Translations under genes and position numbers: made by a program | Shown: piece after piece, positions 48,061 through 57,820 of the stretch | Numbering within the stretch: the stretch's first letter is position 1 | Layout: every line of letters starts with the position of its first letter | The notes under the pieces: generated by a model | Told to the model about the DNA's origin: nothing | What the model saw: only the letters and a program-made list of their open reading frames with translations | Database searches by the model: none | Source of the DNA: Acidobacteriota bacterium | GTDB lineage: Bacteria > Acidobacteriota > UBA6911 > RPQK01 > JAJDTT01 | Length of the DNA: 64,000 nt | Direction of reading: 5' to 3' | Assembly: GCA_965209055.1 (NCBI GenBank) | Contig: OZ242374.1 | Span: forward strand, 2,656,001 to 2,720,000

Positions 48061-49422
48061 TCAGATCAGCTCGTGAACCGGCTGGCCCGTGGTGTCGTCG
48101 ATGGAATTGGCGATCTTGACGGGACGGCCGATGGGGCTCATGTACTCCTTGGTCCAGTCGATGCCGAAGGCCTTGTAGACGGTGGCGTGCACGTCTCCCA
48201 TGGACACCATTCGTTCGGCCACGAAGGCGCCGCGATCGTCGCTGGCTCCCACCACCTTGCCTCCCTCGACACCGCCTCCGCCCAGGATCATGGACCAGCA
48301 ATGGGGCCAGTGGTCCCGTCCCCCCTTGGAGTTGAAGCGAGGCGTCCGTCCGAACTCGCCCATGACCAGAACGAGAGTCGACTCCAGCAGGCCCCGTTCT
48401 TCCAGATCGTCCAGCAGCACGGGAAGGGATCGCTCCAGGCCGGGGACCAGGTTGTCCCGGTGTTTCTTGTCGTTGTCGGCGTGCGTGTCCCAGCCGTTGA
48501 GATCGTGGCCGGCCGCGGTGACGAATCGGCTTCCCGCCTCCACCAGCCGGCGCGACAGCAGCAGGCTCTGTCCGAATCCGGTGCGGCCGTAGGCGTCGCG
48601 GGTCTTCTCCGACTCCTTGGAGAGGTCGAACGCCTCCCGCACCTCGGAGGAGAGGACCATGTTCACGGCCTGCTCGGTGAAGCTGTCCATCTTGAACGCT
48701 TCAGCCATCTCCATCTTCCGGCGGTAGGTGTCGTCCATCAGGGTCAGGAGCGAACGGCGGTCCTCCAGCCGTTGCGGCGAAATGGCCTTGGGCAGGCTCA
48801 GATCCTGCACCTGAAAACCGTCGCTGTTGGGATCGGTGCCCACCACCATGGGATCGTACTTGGCGTCCAGAAACGCCCCCTTGAGGTAGGTTCCCTTGGC
48901 CCCCTGCGTGTAACCAGGGACCGCAATATGTGCCGGCACGTAATTTCTGGGGCCCCGTTCCCGGGTGACGATGGAACCGAAGGAGGGGAACTGCATGGCC
49001 GCCGTGGGCCGGTGTCCGGTGAGGGCGTAGTAGGTCCCCTGTCCGTGGTTGTTCTCCTCGGTGTGCATGGACCGGATGATGGAGACCTTGTCCATGCGCT
49101 TGGCCATGCGGGGAAGGAGCTCGGAGATCTGGATTCCGGGAACGTTGGTGGAGATGGGGTTGAAGCTGCTGCCGGCCTTGGGGTCCCACATGTCGACGTG
49201 GCTCGGTCCCCCGTCCAGCCAGACCAGGATGCACGACTTGGCGGTGGCGTTCGCTTCCACGTCGATGCCGGCTTCCGCGAAAACGCTCTTGGCCTGGAGA
49301 TAGCGGCTGAGGCTGATGCCGAACAGGCTGAGGGCCCCCGTCCGGATGAACTCGCGCCGCTGCAGCAGCGACTCGGTGCAGGTCAGACAGCCGTTCCTTT
49401 GGCCGGGCTTGGGTACGCTCAT
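48061..49422 (-). CDS. DUF1501 domain protein
   Basis: RREF Tat-like motif, WLDGGPSHVDMWDPK, RRLVEAGSRFV, WDTH, MGEFGRTP, GRDHW. Confidence 0.92.
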   Translation of the reverse strand: MSVPKPGQRNGCLTCTESLLQRREFIRTGALSLFGISLSRYLQAKSVFAEAGIDVEANATAKSCILVWLDGGPSHVDMWDPKAGSSFNPISTNVPGIQISELLPRMAKRMDKVSIIRSMHTEENNHGQGTYYALTGHRPTAAMQFPSFGSIVTRERGPRNYVPAHIAVPGYTQGAKGTYLKGAFLDAKYDPMVVGTDPNSDGFQVQDLSLPKAISPQRLEDRRSLLTLMDDTYRRKMEMAEAFKMDSFTEQAVNMVLSSEVREAFDLSKESEKTRDAYGRTGFGQSLLLSRRLVEAGSRFVTAAGHDLNGWDTHADNDKKHRDNLVPGLERSLPVLLDDLEERGLLESTLVLVMGEFGRTPRFNSKGGRDHWPHCWSMILGGGGVEGGKVVGASDDRGAFVAERMVSMGDVHATVYKAFGIDWTKEYMSPIGRPVKIANSIDDTTGQPVHELI

Positions 49423-49472
49423 GAACGGATTTCCTTTTCAGATCTATACCAGATAGTCCCGTCCTTCGGCCA

Positions 49473-52034
49473 TCAATTCGAAGCGAACTCCCGGGACGTG
49501 ATCATGGCCCACATGATGTCCTGCAAGGCCTCTTTCCGTGACTCACCGGTAGCAACCACGCGCTCCAGCCGGGATTGCTCCGTCTCGCCGGGCAATCGGC
49601 TGAACGCCCTCAGGTACAGTTCTTCGATGATCTCCCCATCCGTCCTGCCGGCCTTTACGAGTTGATCGAGCCGGTTGCCGGGATGCGTGATCTTCTCCTG
49701 ATAGGTGGAGCCGACCATGATGTGGAGCGCCTTCTTCAGGCTGGCGTCGTTCTTGCGCTCGGGGATGCTGGCGCGGTTGGGACGGTCGTGGATCTCCAGG
49801 AATGTGGACGAGTAGAGGTCGGGGACCCGGAGGTCAATGGCGCGGGTCCCGGCGGGAGCGACGCCCATCCAGTTGTTCTTGAAGTTCTCGGGGACGCCCG
49901 TGACATTGGAGATGGAGTCCAGGAGAATCTCGGCATCCATGTCCCGGCGCACCCGGCGGGAGTAGTTGGCCACATCGTTCCGGTTGGTGGCGTTGGGAAT
50001 GGCCGAGAGCTGATAGGTGCGGGACTTGGCGATGAGCCGCAGGAGGCGCTTGAGGTCGTAGCCGTTTTCGGCGAAATCCCGGGCCAGCTCGTCCAGCAAC
50101 TCGGGATGCGTCGGAGGATTGGTGGAACGGAAGTCGTCCACCGGGTCGACGATCCCCCGGCCGAACATGTGTCCCCACATCCGGTTCACGATGGTCCGGG
50201 AGAAGTTGGGATGGTCCGTGATCCACTCGGCCAGGGCCAGTCGTGGATCGAATGACTTCTCCTCGGACAACGGCGTCCCGTCGGGAAACACCGGGGAGGC
50301 TTCCTGGCCGGTCCGGGGATGGAGGACCTTGACCGTGTCCTCCGACTCCTCGTAGTCGGGGACGCGGCCGGCCGGGTCCTCGAAGACCACGATGGCGCCC
50401 TCCGAGGTCCACTCGGTCCGGCTCAGCCGCCCGAAGAATGCCGCCAGACCCCAGAACTGGTCCTGAGACCATTCTTCGAAGGGATGATGGTGGCACTGGG
50501 CGCAGTCGAGCCGGTAGCCCAGGAAGACCCGCATCTCCTCGGGCATGCCGTCCTCGGGTTTTGTAACCTCTCCGTTCTGCAGGAAGTGCCGGGAGGGTCC
50601 GTCGTTGCCCTGTGCCGAAATCCGCTCGAAGGCCATCTGGTCGTAGGGCTTGTTCTCGGTCAGGCTGTTGCGGATCCAGGCCCAGTAGACCAGGGAATGG
50701 GCCGGGGTTCCCGTGGAGGAATAGGAAACCCGGTAAAGGTCGCTGAAGCGGAAGGTCCAATAGTCGATGTACTCGGGAGTCTCCAGCAAGGTGTCGATGA
50801 GACGGTCCCGTTTCGCGGGATCGGTGCTGCTCAGAAACTCACGAGTTCGCTCCGGCGGCGGAAGGGTGCCGGTCAGGTCCAGACAGATCCGCCGCAGGAA
50901 CTCTTCGTCGGAAGAGGGGCTCGAGGGGGCGATCCGCAGTTTCCGCAGCTTGGCGAACACGTGCCGGTCGATGAGGTTGTTGTCGGCTACCTGCGGGACC
51001 ATGTGCACTGCATCGGCGATGACGCCGATCCGGGAGTTGGCCACCCTGCCCGGCGCCCGCACCAGCAGGGCCGTTTCTCCCGTGGCGACGGCCTCCACCC
51101 GGCCGGTGGGGGAGATCCGAACCAGTTCGGGGTTGACCGTCTCATAGCGCACCTGGTCTGTCAGGTCCTCGGTTCTCCCATTTCCCAAATGTCCGGTGAC
51201 CAGCAACTGCCGTTGCTGGCCCTTCTCCAGGACCAGATAGGAGGGAAAGATTTCGATTCTCTCGATCCGGAGCTGTTCTTCTTCCCGAACCGGAGCGCCT
51301 TCCCGGACCCAGTCTCGAAGCGCCGCGTAATCGGCGGACTCAGCCGAGAAGCGGCTGCCTCCGCCATGGGGAATCTGGAACGTCGGCTTCTGCAGCAGCA
51401 GGCTCTCTTCCGGATTCTTCGGGTCCACTCGCGGCCGGATCGGTTCGGCGCTCTCGGGCGACAGGACCTGGTAGGTGCCGCCCTCCACGATCCAGCGGTG
51501 GTCTTCCTGGGGATGCCTGGCATCCAGCGAGAGCTTGAAGCCGCCGCGCCCCTTGACTCCGCCGTGACAGGCCGAATCGTTGCAGCCCCGCCGGGTGAGT
51601 ATGCCGCCGATTTCTCTGGAGAAACTGAACGGTCTTGATGCCTGGCTCTCACGCACCTGGATCGAGGCCTGGGAAACCTGACCCTGAAATTCCGCCCTGA
51701 TCGCCGTACCCCCGTTGTTGCGGGGGACGAGCTTCCCTTCGGCGCTCAAATCGGCGACGTCGCGGTCTTTCACCTCCAGGCGGGTGTCGGCGGTGACGTC
51801 CCGCTCCGTTCCGTCGGCGAATGCCGCCACCACCACCAGCCGCTGAGAGGCGCCGGCGCCCCACATTCGGATCTCCTGGGGCATCAGGCGCAACGACAGA
51901 GCTTGAGGCGAGTGAGACGGAGCGGGAGCAGGCGTTCCCGAAAAAAGCAGCGAACCGGTAAGAACCAGGATGATGGCCATCGATGCCCCGGCCGGAGCCC
52001 GGGTCCAGGGTTTCCGCTCGGTCGGCGCCGTCAT
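49473..52034 (-). CDS. DUF1549/DUF1553 (PSCyt2/PSD1) protein with Ig-like domains
   Basis: GCNDSACHG, DEEFLRRICLDLTGTLP, CAQCHHHP, VNRMW..GRGIVDPVDD..NPPTHPELLD. Confidence 0.92.
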   Translation of the reverse strand: MTAPTERKPWTRAPAGASMAIILVLTGSLLFSGTPAPAPSHSPQALSLRLMPQEIRMWGAGASQRLVVVAAFADGTERDVTADTRLEVKDRDVADLSAEGKLVPRNNGGTAIRAEFQGQVSQASIQVRESQASRPFSFSREIGGILTRRGCNDSACHGGVKGRGGFKLSLDARHPQEDHRWIVEGGTYQVLSPESAEPIRPRVDPKNPEESLLLQKPTFQIPHGGGSRFSAESADYAALRDWVREGAPVREEEQLRIERIEIFPSYLVLEKGQQRQLLVTGHLGNGRTEDLTDQVRYETVNPELVRISPTGRVEAVATGETALLVRAPGRVANSRIGVIADAVHMVPQVADNNLIDRHVFAKLRKLRIAPSSPSSDEEFLRRICLDLTGTLPPPERTREFLSSTDPAKRDRLIDTLLETPEYIDYWTFRFSDLYRVSYSSTGTPAHSLVYWAWIRNSLTENKPYDQMAFERISAQGNDGPSRHFLQNGEVTKPEDGMPEEMRVFLGYRLDCAQCHHHPFEEWSQDQFWGLAAFFGRLSRTEWTSEGAIVVFEDPAGRVPDYEESEDTVKVLHPRTGQEASPVFPDGTPLSEEKSFDPRLALAEWITDHPNFSRTIVNRMWGHMFGRGIVDPVDDFRSTNPPTHPELLDELARDFAENGYDLKRLLRLIAKSRTYQLSAIPNATNRNDVANYSRRVRRDMDAEILLDSISNVTGVPENFKNNWMGVAPAGTRAIDLRVPDLYSSTFLEIHDRPNRASIPERKNDASLKKALHIMVGSTYQEKITHPGNRLDQLVKAGRTDGEIIEELYLRAFSRLPGETEQSRLERVVATGESRKEALQDIMWAMITSREFASN

Positions 52035-54013
52035 TGCTCGTACTCCTTCTTGCCTTCGGCCGCCGCCGTACTCTGACCCGTGGCCAGCGTCATGATGGGG
52101 ACCTGTCCCAGCGGAAGCCGGGCGCCGGTCCGGTCGCCCGACGTGGGTTGGGCCCAGAGACGAACGAGCTGAGGCATTTCGGTGGCCGTGGCGTCCGCGT
52201 CCGCCACGAAGGCCATCGTCACTCCCTTTCGAACCGGACGGAATCGAGTGATGTCGCCGATATTGCCGCTTTCCAGGCCCATGGGGAAATAATAGGCGCC
52301 CAGGAGCAGAGAGTCGGTGTAAGGGGCCGGGGTTGCCGGCAGGACCCGGACGCCGCTGGGGAGGTTTTCCGCCGAAACGGCGACGCCTCCCTCGAAACCT
52401 TCCTCCATGTCGCAGACCACGGTGAAGGTCTTGCTCTGTCCCGGCTCCAGGTTCACCCGGTCGGTGGTGGGTCCCAACCTTCGCCCCTTGACTCCCAGGA
52501 CGTATTCCACCCGTCCCACGTGGGGGATCATGGGACGAATCATCAACCGGTAGGCCAGGTCGGATCCTCCCCTTCGGGAGGTCAGGTCCCGGATCTGGAG
52601 CCGGTAGATCCCGTCTTGCTGGAAGGTGAAGACCGTCTTTCGCTCCGTCGATTTGCTGACGTCGTCGCCGTCCCCGCCATATTCGAAGTGGATATTGTTG
52701 AAGACTTCCTCACCCTCCGGGTTCCAGACCCGGATCCAGGGATTGAATTGGGGAGGCGCGGCCTGTGGAGTTTCGACCTCGAAGACCAGGCCCTCTCCGG
52801 CCTTCGCCCGGAATCGATAGCTGTCCACGTCTCCCGGCGGGTCGATGGTCCCCTCCAGGAGCACGGCGGTGGGGACTTCCGGACCCTTCGAGTCGTTGGG
52901 TTCCTGCTCCTGCAATTGGGAGACGACCCGGTCCTGGGCCGCTTCTCGCCGGGACTCCGGCTCCGCCCCGGCGGCTCCTGTCCCAGAGGCAGGCTCGACA
53001 CTTCGAGCCGCCAGCACCTTCAGCCGGTCGGGCTCCAGGGGCTTATGGAACGCACCATGTTGAGCGTACGCCCCCGAGTCCCGCTCCAGCCAGTCGGCCG
53101 GATCGGGATGGGCCGGCTTGCCCATGATCGTGGAAGAGTCGGGAGGTTCGGTGGCGATCCGGAGCAGGTAGACGAAGTCGGGATTTCCCTCACCCAGAAA
53201 GGAACCCATGGACACCACATAGCGGCCGGCCTCTCGGAAGCGGTGCGTCGGCATGGGAAAGACGGCGAACTGAGCGCCCCAGCCCTGCCGCCGCGACTGG
53301 AGCACCGGAACCCAAGAGAGCGGCCTGGATTCCCAGGGCAGCCTGAGGAGTCGGTCCGGGTCGAACCAGCTTCCGGTGGGAGCGTAGAGATTCAACTCCG
53401 CCTCCGCGCTGTAGGGGATATAGATGGGAAAGGAGGTGAAGGTCTGGAAATAGAACTGCTCGCCCTCTTCCGCTTGGAACGAGTACAGGTCGAGCTCCCC
53501 GTTGGCCTTGGTGGTGCCGGCGATGACGACCGGTGGCTGAATCGCCTGCCGATCCTCCGCGTCCCGCTCCAGCACCACGGGCTCGCGGACCACCTGGAAG
53601 TTCAAGGCATTGGACATGCCGCGGGGAGTGACGATCCGAAACCGGTGAAGCCCGACTGCGGCGTCCTCGCTGATCCGGAATTGCAGCCGGGCCCGATGTC
53701 CGGCCAACTCGGTCTGCTTGGCCTGCGCGTCGCGTTCCACCAATTCGTCGGGCGCGGCTTCCTGGATCTCCTCCAGCTTCAGAAACCGGACTTCCACGTC
53801 GTCGCACTCGCACTCGAACCAGGCGGCGTAGGTTCCCTCCATGTGCTGGCCCCGGACCGACACCTCCATCGTGGTGCCCCGTTCTCCCCCCAGCGGGAAG
53901 ACGGAAAGGGTCTTTGGCTCCTTGGGCGCGGCCTTCCCGGAGTCGTCCGCGGCCCGGGAATCAGCCAGGAAAAGCAGCAAACTTGAGGCGATCAGAAGAC
54001 GGATCTTGATCAT
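52031..54013 (-). CDS. Secreted PPC-domain (pre-peptidase C-terminal) protein
   Basis: SVFPLGGERGT, GMSN, EQEPND, GDVDSYRF, GIYRLQIRD..GG. Typical partner of DUF1549/DUF1501. Confidence 0.8.
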   Translation of the reverse strand: MIKIRLLIASSLLLFLADSRAADDSGKAAPKEPKTLSVFPLGGERGTTMEVSVRGQHMEGTYAAWFECECDDVEVRFLKLEEIQEAAPDELVERDAQAKQTELAGHRARLQFRISEDAAVGLHRFRIVTPRGMSNALNFQVVREPVVLERDAEDRQAIQPPVVIAGTTKANGELDLYSFQAEEGEQFYFQTFTSFPIYIPYSAEAELNLYAPTGSWFDPDRLLRLPWESRPLSWVPVLQSRRQGWGAQFAVFPMPTHRFREAGRYVVSMGSFLGEGNPDFVYLLRIATEPPDSSTIMGKPAHPDPADWLERDSGAYAQHGAFHKPLEPDRLKVLAARSVEPASGTGAAGAEPESRREAAQDRVVSQLQEQEPNDSKGPEVPTAVLLEGTIDPPGDVDSYRFRAKAGEGLVFEVETPQAAPPQFNPWIRVWNPEGEEVFNNIHFEYGGDGDDVSKSTERKTVFTFQQDGIYRLQIRDLTSRRGGSDLAYRLMIRPMIPHVGRVEYVLGVKGRRLGPTTDRVNLEPGQSKTFTVVCDMEEGFEGGVAVSAENLPSGVRVLPATPAPYTDSLLLGAYYFPMGLESGNIGDITRFRPVRKGVTMAFVADADATATEMPQLVRLWAQPTSGDRTGARLPLGQVPIMTLATGQSTAAAEGKKEYEQ

Positions 54014-54172
54014 GGCTTCGGGTCTGCAATCGCCAGTCATGCTACCACACGGCACGGCCAGTTTCCGGCGTCCCGCGCCCGGTTTCTGCCGACAGCAAGT
54101 CTCGTAGTAGACTGACGGGGCGGCGAAGTCCGGCAATGCCGAACCCTGGCGCCGCTCGGTTGGAAAGATCCG

Positions 54173-55396
54173 GTGTCCGCATCAGCAGACGGGAGGAATA
54201 AGGCATTGAATTGTCCATCAAGTCCAAGGTTCGCATCTCGATTTCGGTTCGTCCGTATATCGCTACTCGCACTGTTTCCACTCTGGCTCCAGTTCTCCTG
54301 CAGTGAATCGGTCCCGCCCCAAGAGGAGACGAAGCGGAGCCTGGTGGTTCCGCCGCCCGATTTCAAGGTGGCCTTCGTCGGAGACTCGGGCTACGGTCCG
54401 CGGACCGACCGGGTATTGGAGCTGATCCGGCAGGAAGGGGCGCATTTGGTTCTCCACCAGGGAGACCTCGGTTACGACGAGGGCAACCTGGAGGCGCCGG
54501 TCAACTGGCACTCGGGGGTCGAGCGGATTCTGGACGCGGCCGTCGAGGGAGGCCGGTTTCCCTATCTCTACAGCGTCGGCAACCACGACGTGCGGCACTG
54601 GCGCCAGCGGACCCCTCCGGGGTACAGCCGCATTCTCCAGGAACGGGTCGAGGGAACTCCCGGCCTGGAGTGCACGGGGGATCTGGGGGTGAAGTCCACC
54701 TGCACCTACCAGGGACTCTTCCTGGTGCTCTCGGGAGTGGGCTCCATGGGTCAGGGGCACCGGCAGTACCTTTCCGAGGCTCTGGAAGAGGGAGAGGACT
54801 TCCTCTGGAAAATCGCCTCCTGGCACAAGAACCAGCAGGACATGCAGGCGGGCGGAAAACGGGACGACACCGGCTGGGGGGTCTACCGGGACTGCCAGGA
54901 AGCCGGAGCCATCATCGCCACCGGTCACGAGCACTCCTATTCCCGGAGCTACACGCTGACCGATCTGGGCAACGAGGCGGCGGGCCACGGCGCCACCGGT
55001 TCCCCCGAGCGGATGTTTCTGGGAATGGGGAAGACCTTCGTCCTGGTCAGCGGACTCGGGGGCAAGAGCGGACGGGACTACCACTGCGAACAGCACGAGG
55101 ACGACACCTGGTGGGCCTCCATCTTCACCCGGAACTACTGGCTCAGAAACGGTGAAGTCAAGGAGAAGAACTGCTCGACCATGGACCCCGAGAGCAAGCA
55201 ATACGCCCGGACGGTCCAGGAGTACGCGGACGGCGCCCTGTTCATCACCTTCAACCCGGGCGGCCAGACTCATCTGGCCCGCGGCGAGTTCCTGACGGTG
55301 GAGGGAGACCGGATCGACGAGTTCGAGATCGTGAATGAACTGGGTGCGGAGGAGGCCGCAGTCAGCGCGGCCGGCGGCGCCGGAGAGGGCGGATGA
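54173..55396 (+). CDS. Metallophosphoesterase lipoprotein (start uncertain)
   Basis: FVGDSG, HQGDLGY, GNHD, TGHEHSY, with a possible lipobox QFSC. Confidence 0.82.
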   Translation: MSASADGRNKALNCPSSPRFASRFRFVRISLLALFPLWLQFSCSESVPPQEETKRSLVVPPPDFKVAFVGDSGYGPRTDRVLELIRQEGAHLVLHQGDLGYDEGNLEAPVNWHSGVERILDAAVEGGRFPYLYSVGNHDVRHWRQRTPPGYSRILQERVEGTPGLECTGDLGVKSTCTYQGLFLVLSGVGSMGQGHRQYLSEALEEGEDFLWKIASWHKNQQDMQAGGKRDDTGWGVYRDCQEAGAIIATGHEHSYSRSYTLTDLGNEAAGHGATGSPERMFLGMGKTFVLVSGLGGKSGRDYHCEQHEDDTWWASIFTRNYWLRNGEVKEKNCSTMDPESKQYARTVQEYADGALFITFNPGGQTHLARGEFLTVEGDRIDEFEIVNELGAEEAAVSAAGGAGEGG

Positions 55397-56322
55397 AAAG
55401 GCGCGACGCCCTGAAAGTGATGGCGGGTGGCCTGATGGCCGGGGACCTCTGGGGCCGGTCCGGAAGCGGGCGGCTTCAGGCCGCTCCGGACTTCCGACTC
55501 CGTTACATCCTGGCGTCCAGCCTCTATGGAACGTTGAAGCTGAAGGAGATCCTTCCCGAGGTGGCGCGGACAGGTTGCCGCTTCATCGACATCTGGCCCC
55601 GGGGCCATGCCGATCAGCGGGAGCAGATCGAGGAAATGGGTCATGAAGCCTTCGCCCGGCTCCTGCGGCAGCACGGCGTCCAGGTGGGGATCCTGACCCA
55701 CTACGACCTGGGCCCTTTCGGGCTTCAGGAGGAAATGAAGGTCGGCCGCCAGTGGGGGACCCGCATCCTGATCTGCGGCAGCGTCAAGCGGACCGGCGAG
55801 GGTCCGGAATCGCTCGAAGCCGAAATCGACGCGTTCATCGAAAAGATGAAGCCGCACGTGGCTGCCGCCGAGGAGGCCGGGGTGACCATCGGCATCGAGA
55901 ATCACGGCTCGGCCCTGATCCGGAGCCCGGAATCCATTCGCTATCTGGCCGAAAAGTCTCCTTCACCTCGTCTGGGGATCGCTCTCGCTCCGTACCACCT
56001 GCCCCAGGACCCGGAACTCATCGCCGGACTCATCCGGGATCTGGGCCCGAAGATGGTCCACTTCTACGCCTGGGAACATGGCAAGGGCGCCATGAAGAAG
56101 CTCCCCAAGGCAGAGGAAATGGAGCAGTTGCCCGGTTTCGGCAGTCTCGACTTCGTCCCCGTCGTCCGGGCCCTCAAGGAGACCCGTTATGAGGGTTGGA
56201 CCTCCATCTTCATGCACCCGGTCCCCCGGGGGATTCCCATCCTGCCCACCGCCCGGGAGGTCACGGAAGCCGTGAACCGGTCCCGCCGCTATCTGGAGGA
56301 TTGTCTGAAGGCGGTTTCGTGA
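55393..56322 (+). CDS. Tat-exported sugar phosphate isomerase/epimerase (xylose-isomerase-like TIM barrel)
   Basis: MKRRDALK Tat signal, IGIENH, G.GSLDF. Confidence 0.82.
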   Translation: MKRRDALKVMAGGLMAGDLWGRSGSGRLQAAPDFRLRYILASSLYGTLKLKEILPEVARTGCRFIDIWPRGHADQREQIEEMGHEAFARLLRQHGVQVGILTHYDLGPFGLQEEMKVGRQWGTRILICGSVKRTGEGPESLEAEIDAFIEKMKPHVAAAEEAGVTIGIENHGSALIRSPESIRYLAEKSPSPRLGIALAPYHLPQDPELIAGLIRDLGPKMVHFYAWEHGKGAMKKLPKAEEMEQLPGFGSLDFVPVVRALKETRYEGWTSIFMHPVPRGIPILPTAREVTEAVNRSRRYLEDCLKAVS

Positions 56323-56388
56323 GGGGGGGAGCCGATGCCAGCGGGCGTAGGGACGATCCATGGTTGAACTGAAGATTCGAAGATTTAG

Positions 56389-57578
56389 GGAAGGTCTGAT
56401 TAAGTCCTCATATGGGGCGAAACAGACCTTGTATCCCTCCCTTTTTCGGATCCAGACGCTCTAACCTGGGATTTGCAACCCTGAATTGGTCTTGACCAAG
56501 CGATTGCGAGACGGTTTCCCCAGCCTCAAACACAGCCGTGCCGCATTCCGATCAGGCGGTCACACCGGAGCGCTCGGCGATCATCAGATTGGCGAATCCC
56601 ACCAGCAGATAGATCCGTTGGGTGTTTTTCGCCAGCCCGCGGTAGCGCACCTTGGCGTAGCCGAAATGCCGTTTCAGGTACCCGAACACATGTTCTGCCT
56701 TCGCCCGTACCGATGCCTTACGCCGCTCGGCCAACGCCGCCTCACTCTCCGGCGACAGCTGCCAACGCTTCCCGGGCTTCATCATCACCTGCCAATCCAC
56801 CGGCCGATCTCGATTCTCCGACCGCTTCTGCACTCCCTGGTATCCGGAATCCCCCCAAACTTGCGACTCCGAGCCGTGCAGCAATTCGGAGGCCCGCGTC
56901 ACGTCATGCTCGTTGGCCGGAGCCGTCACCACCGTGTGCGCCACCCCCGTCTGGGCGTCCACCCCCAGGTGGGCCTTCATTCCGAAATACCACTGTTTTC
57001 CCTTTTTCGTCTGGTGCATCTCCGGATCCCGCGCCCGATCCTTGTTTTTCGTCGAGGAAGGCGCCGCCAGGATACTCGCGTCCACGATCGTCCCCCGGCT
57101 CAGCCGCAGGCCTTGACGCTGCAGGTGAGAACCGATCTCCTCGAACAGCGCCTCCCCCAGACCATGCTCCTCCAGCCGATGACGGAACTTCAGAATCGTC
57201 GTCTCGTCCGGCAGCGGCCCTGTGAGCTTCAGACCCACGAACCGCCGCACCGACTCCACCTCGTAAAGCAGATCCTCCATCCCCGGATCGCTCAGGTTGT
57301 AAAACAACTGCACGCAGTGGATCCGCAGCATCGCCGAGAGCGGGTAGGGACGCCGGCCCCGTCCCGCTTTCGGGTAAAACGGCTCAATCCGGGCTTCCAA
57401 CTGCTCCCACGGAATCAACCCGTCCATGCGGACCAGAAACTTCTCCCGACGGGTCACCCGCTTCTTGGCGTCGTATTCCAGATCTGCGAACGTCCGTTGC
57501 GACATCGTCTTTCCCCCCACGCAGTGATGATGAAGGGATTATCGTGCAGAACGCTGACTCGACTTAATCAGACCTTCC
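56389..57578 (-). mobile_element. Complete IS5-family insertion sequence (1190 bp)
   Basis: Perfect 18-bp TIRs GGAAGGTCTGATTAAGTC/GACTTAATCAGACCTTCC and TTAG target duplication at 56385-56388 and 57579-57582. Confidence 0.97.
56552..57505 (-). CDS. IS5 family DDE transposase
   Basis: TRREKFL, PDETTILKFR, GTIVDASI, WYFGMKAH, WGDSGY, RAKAEHVF..VRYRGL. Confidence 0.96.
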   Translation of the reverse strand: MSQRTFADLEYDAKKRVTRREKFLVRMDGLIPWEQLEARIEPFYPKAGRGRRPYPLSAMLRIHCVQLFYNLSDPGMEDLLYEVESVRRFVGLKLTGPLPDETTILKFRHRLEEHGLGEALFEEIGSHLQRQGLRLSRGTIVDASILAAPSSTKNKDRARDPEMHQTKKGKQWYFGMKAHLGVDAQTGVAHTVVTAPANEHDVTRASELLHGSESQVWGDSGYQGVQKRSENRDRPVDWQVMMKPGKRWQLSPESEAALAERRKASVRAKAEHVFGYLKRHFGYAKVRYRGLAKNTQRIYLLVGFANLMIAERSGVTA

Positions 57579-57820
57579 TTAGCAATCTGCTTGGTGTCAT
57601 CCTCCCCAAAGAGGTCATTGATCGACTGCGGGTGAAAGAAGGGGAGACACTGTTTCTGACCGAAGCTCCTGACGGAGGCTACCAACTGACGTCCGGCGAT
57701 CCCCCGTGCGAAGAGAAATTGGTGAAAGCGGAAGACATCATCAATCGCTATTGCGGCACGTTGCGGGAATTGGCCAAGTGACAGTAATGCAAGAAGGGGA
57801 CAGTCCGGTGTTCTTCCGAA

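Larger units (their letters stand above)
56360..57781 (+). pseudogene. AbrB/MazE-family antitoxin gene interrupted by IS5
   Basis: Removing the IS and one TTAG gives MVELKIRRFSNLLGVILPKEVIDRLRVKEGETLFLTEAPDGGYQL..RELAK*. Confidence 0.85.

Noticed and set aside
56486-57781. 431-aa plus-strand ORF
   Set aside because: It is the antisense shadow of the IS5 transposase fused to the 3' part of the broken antitoxin.
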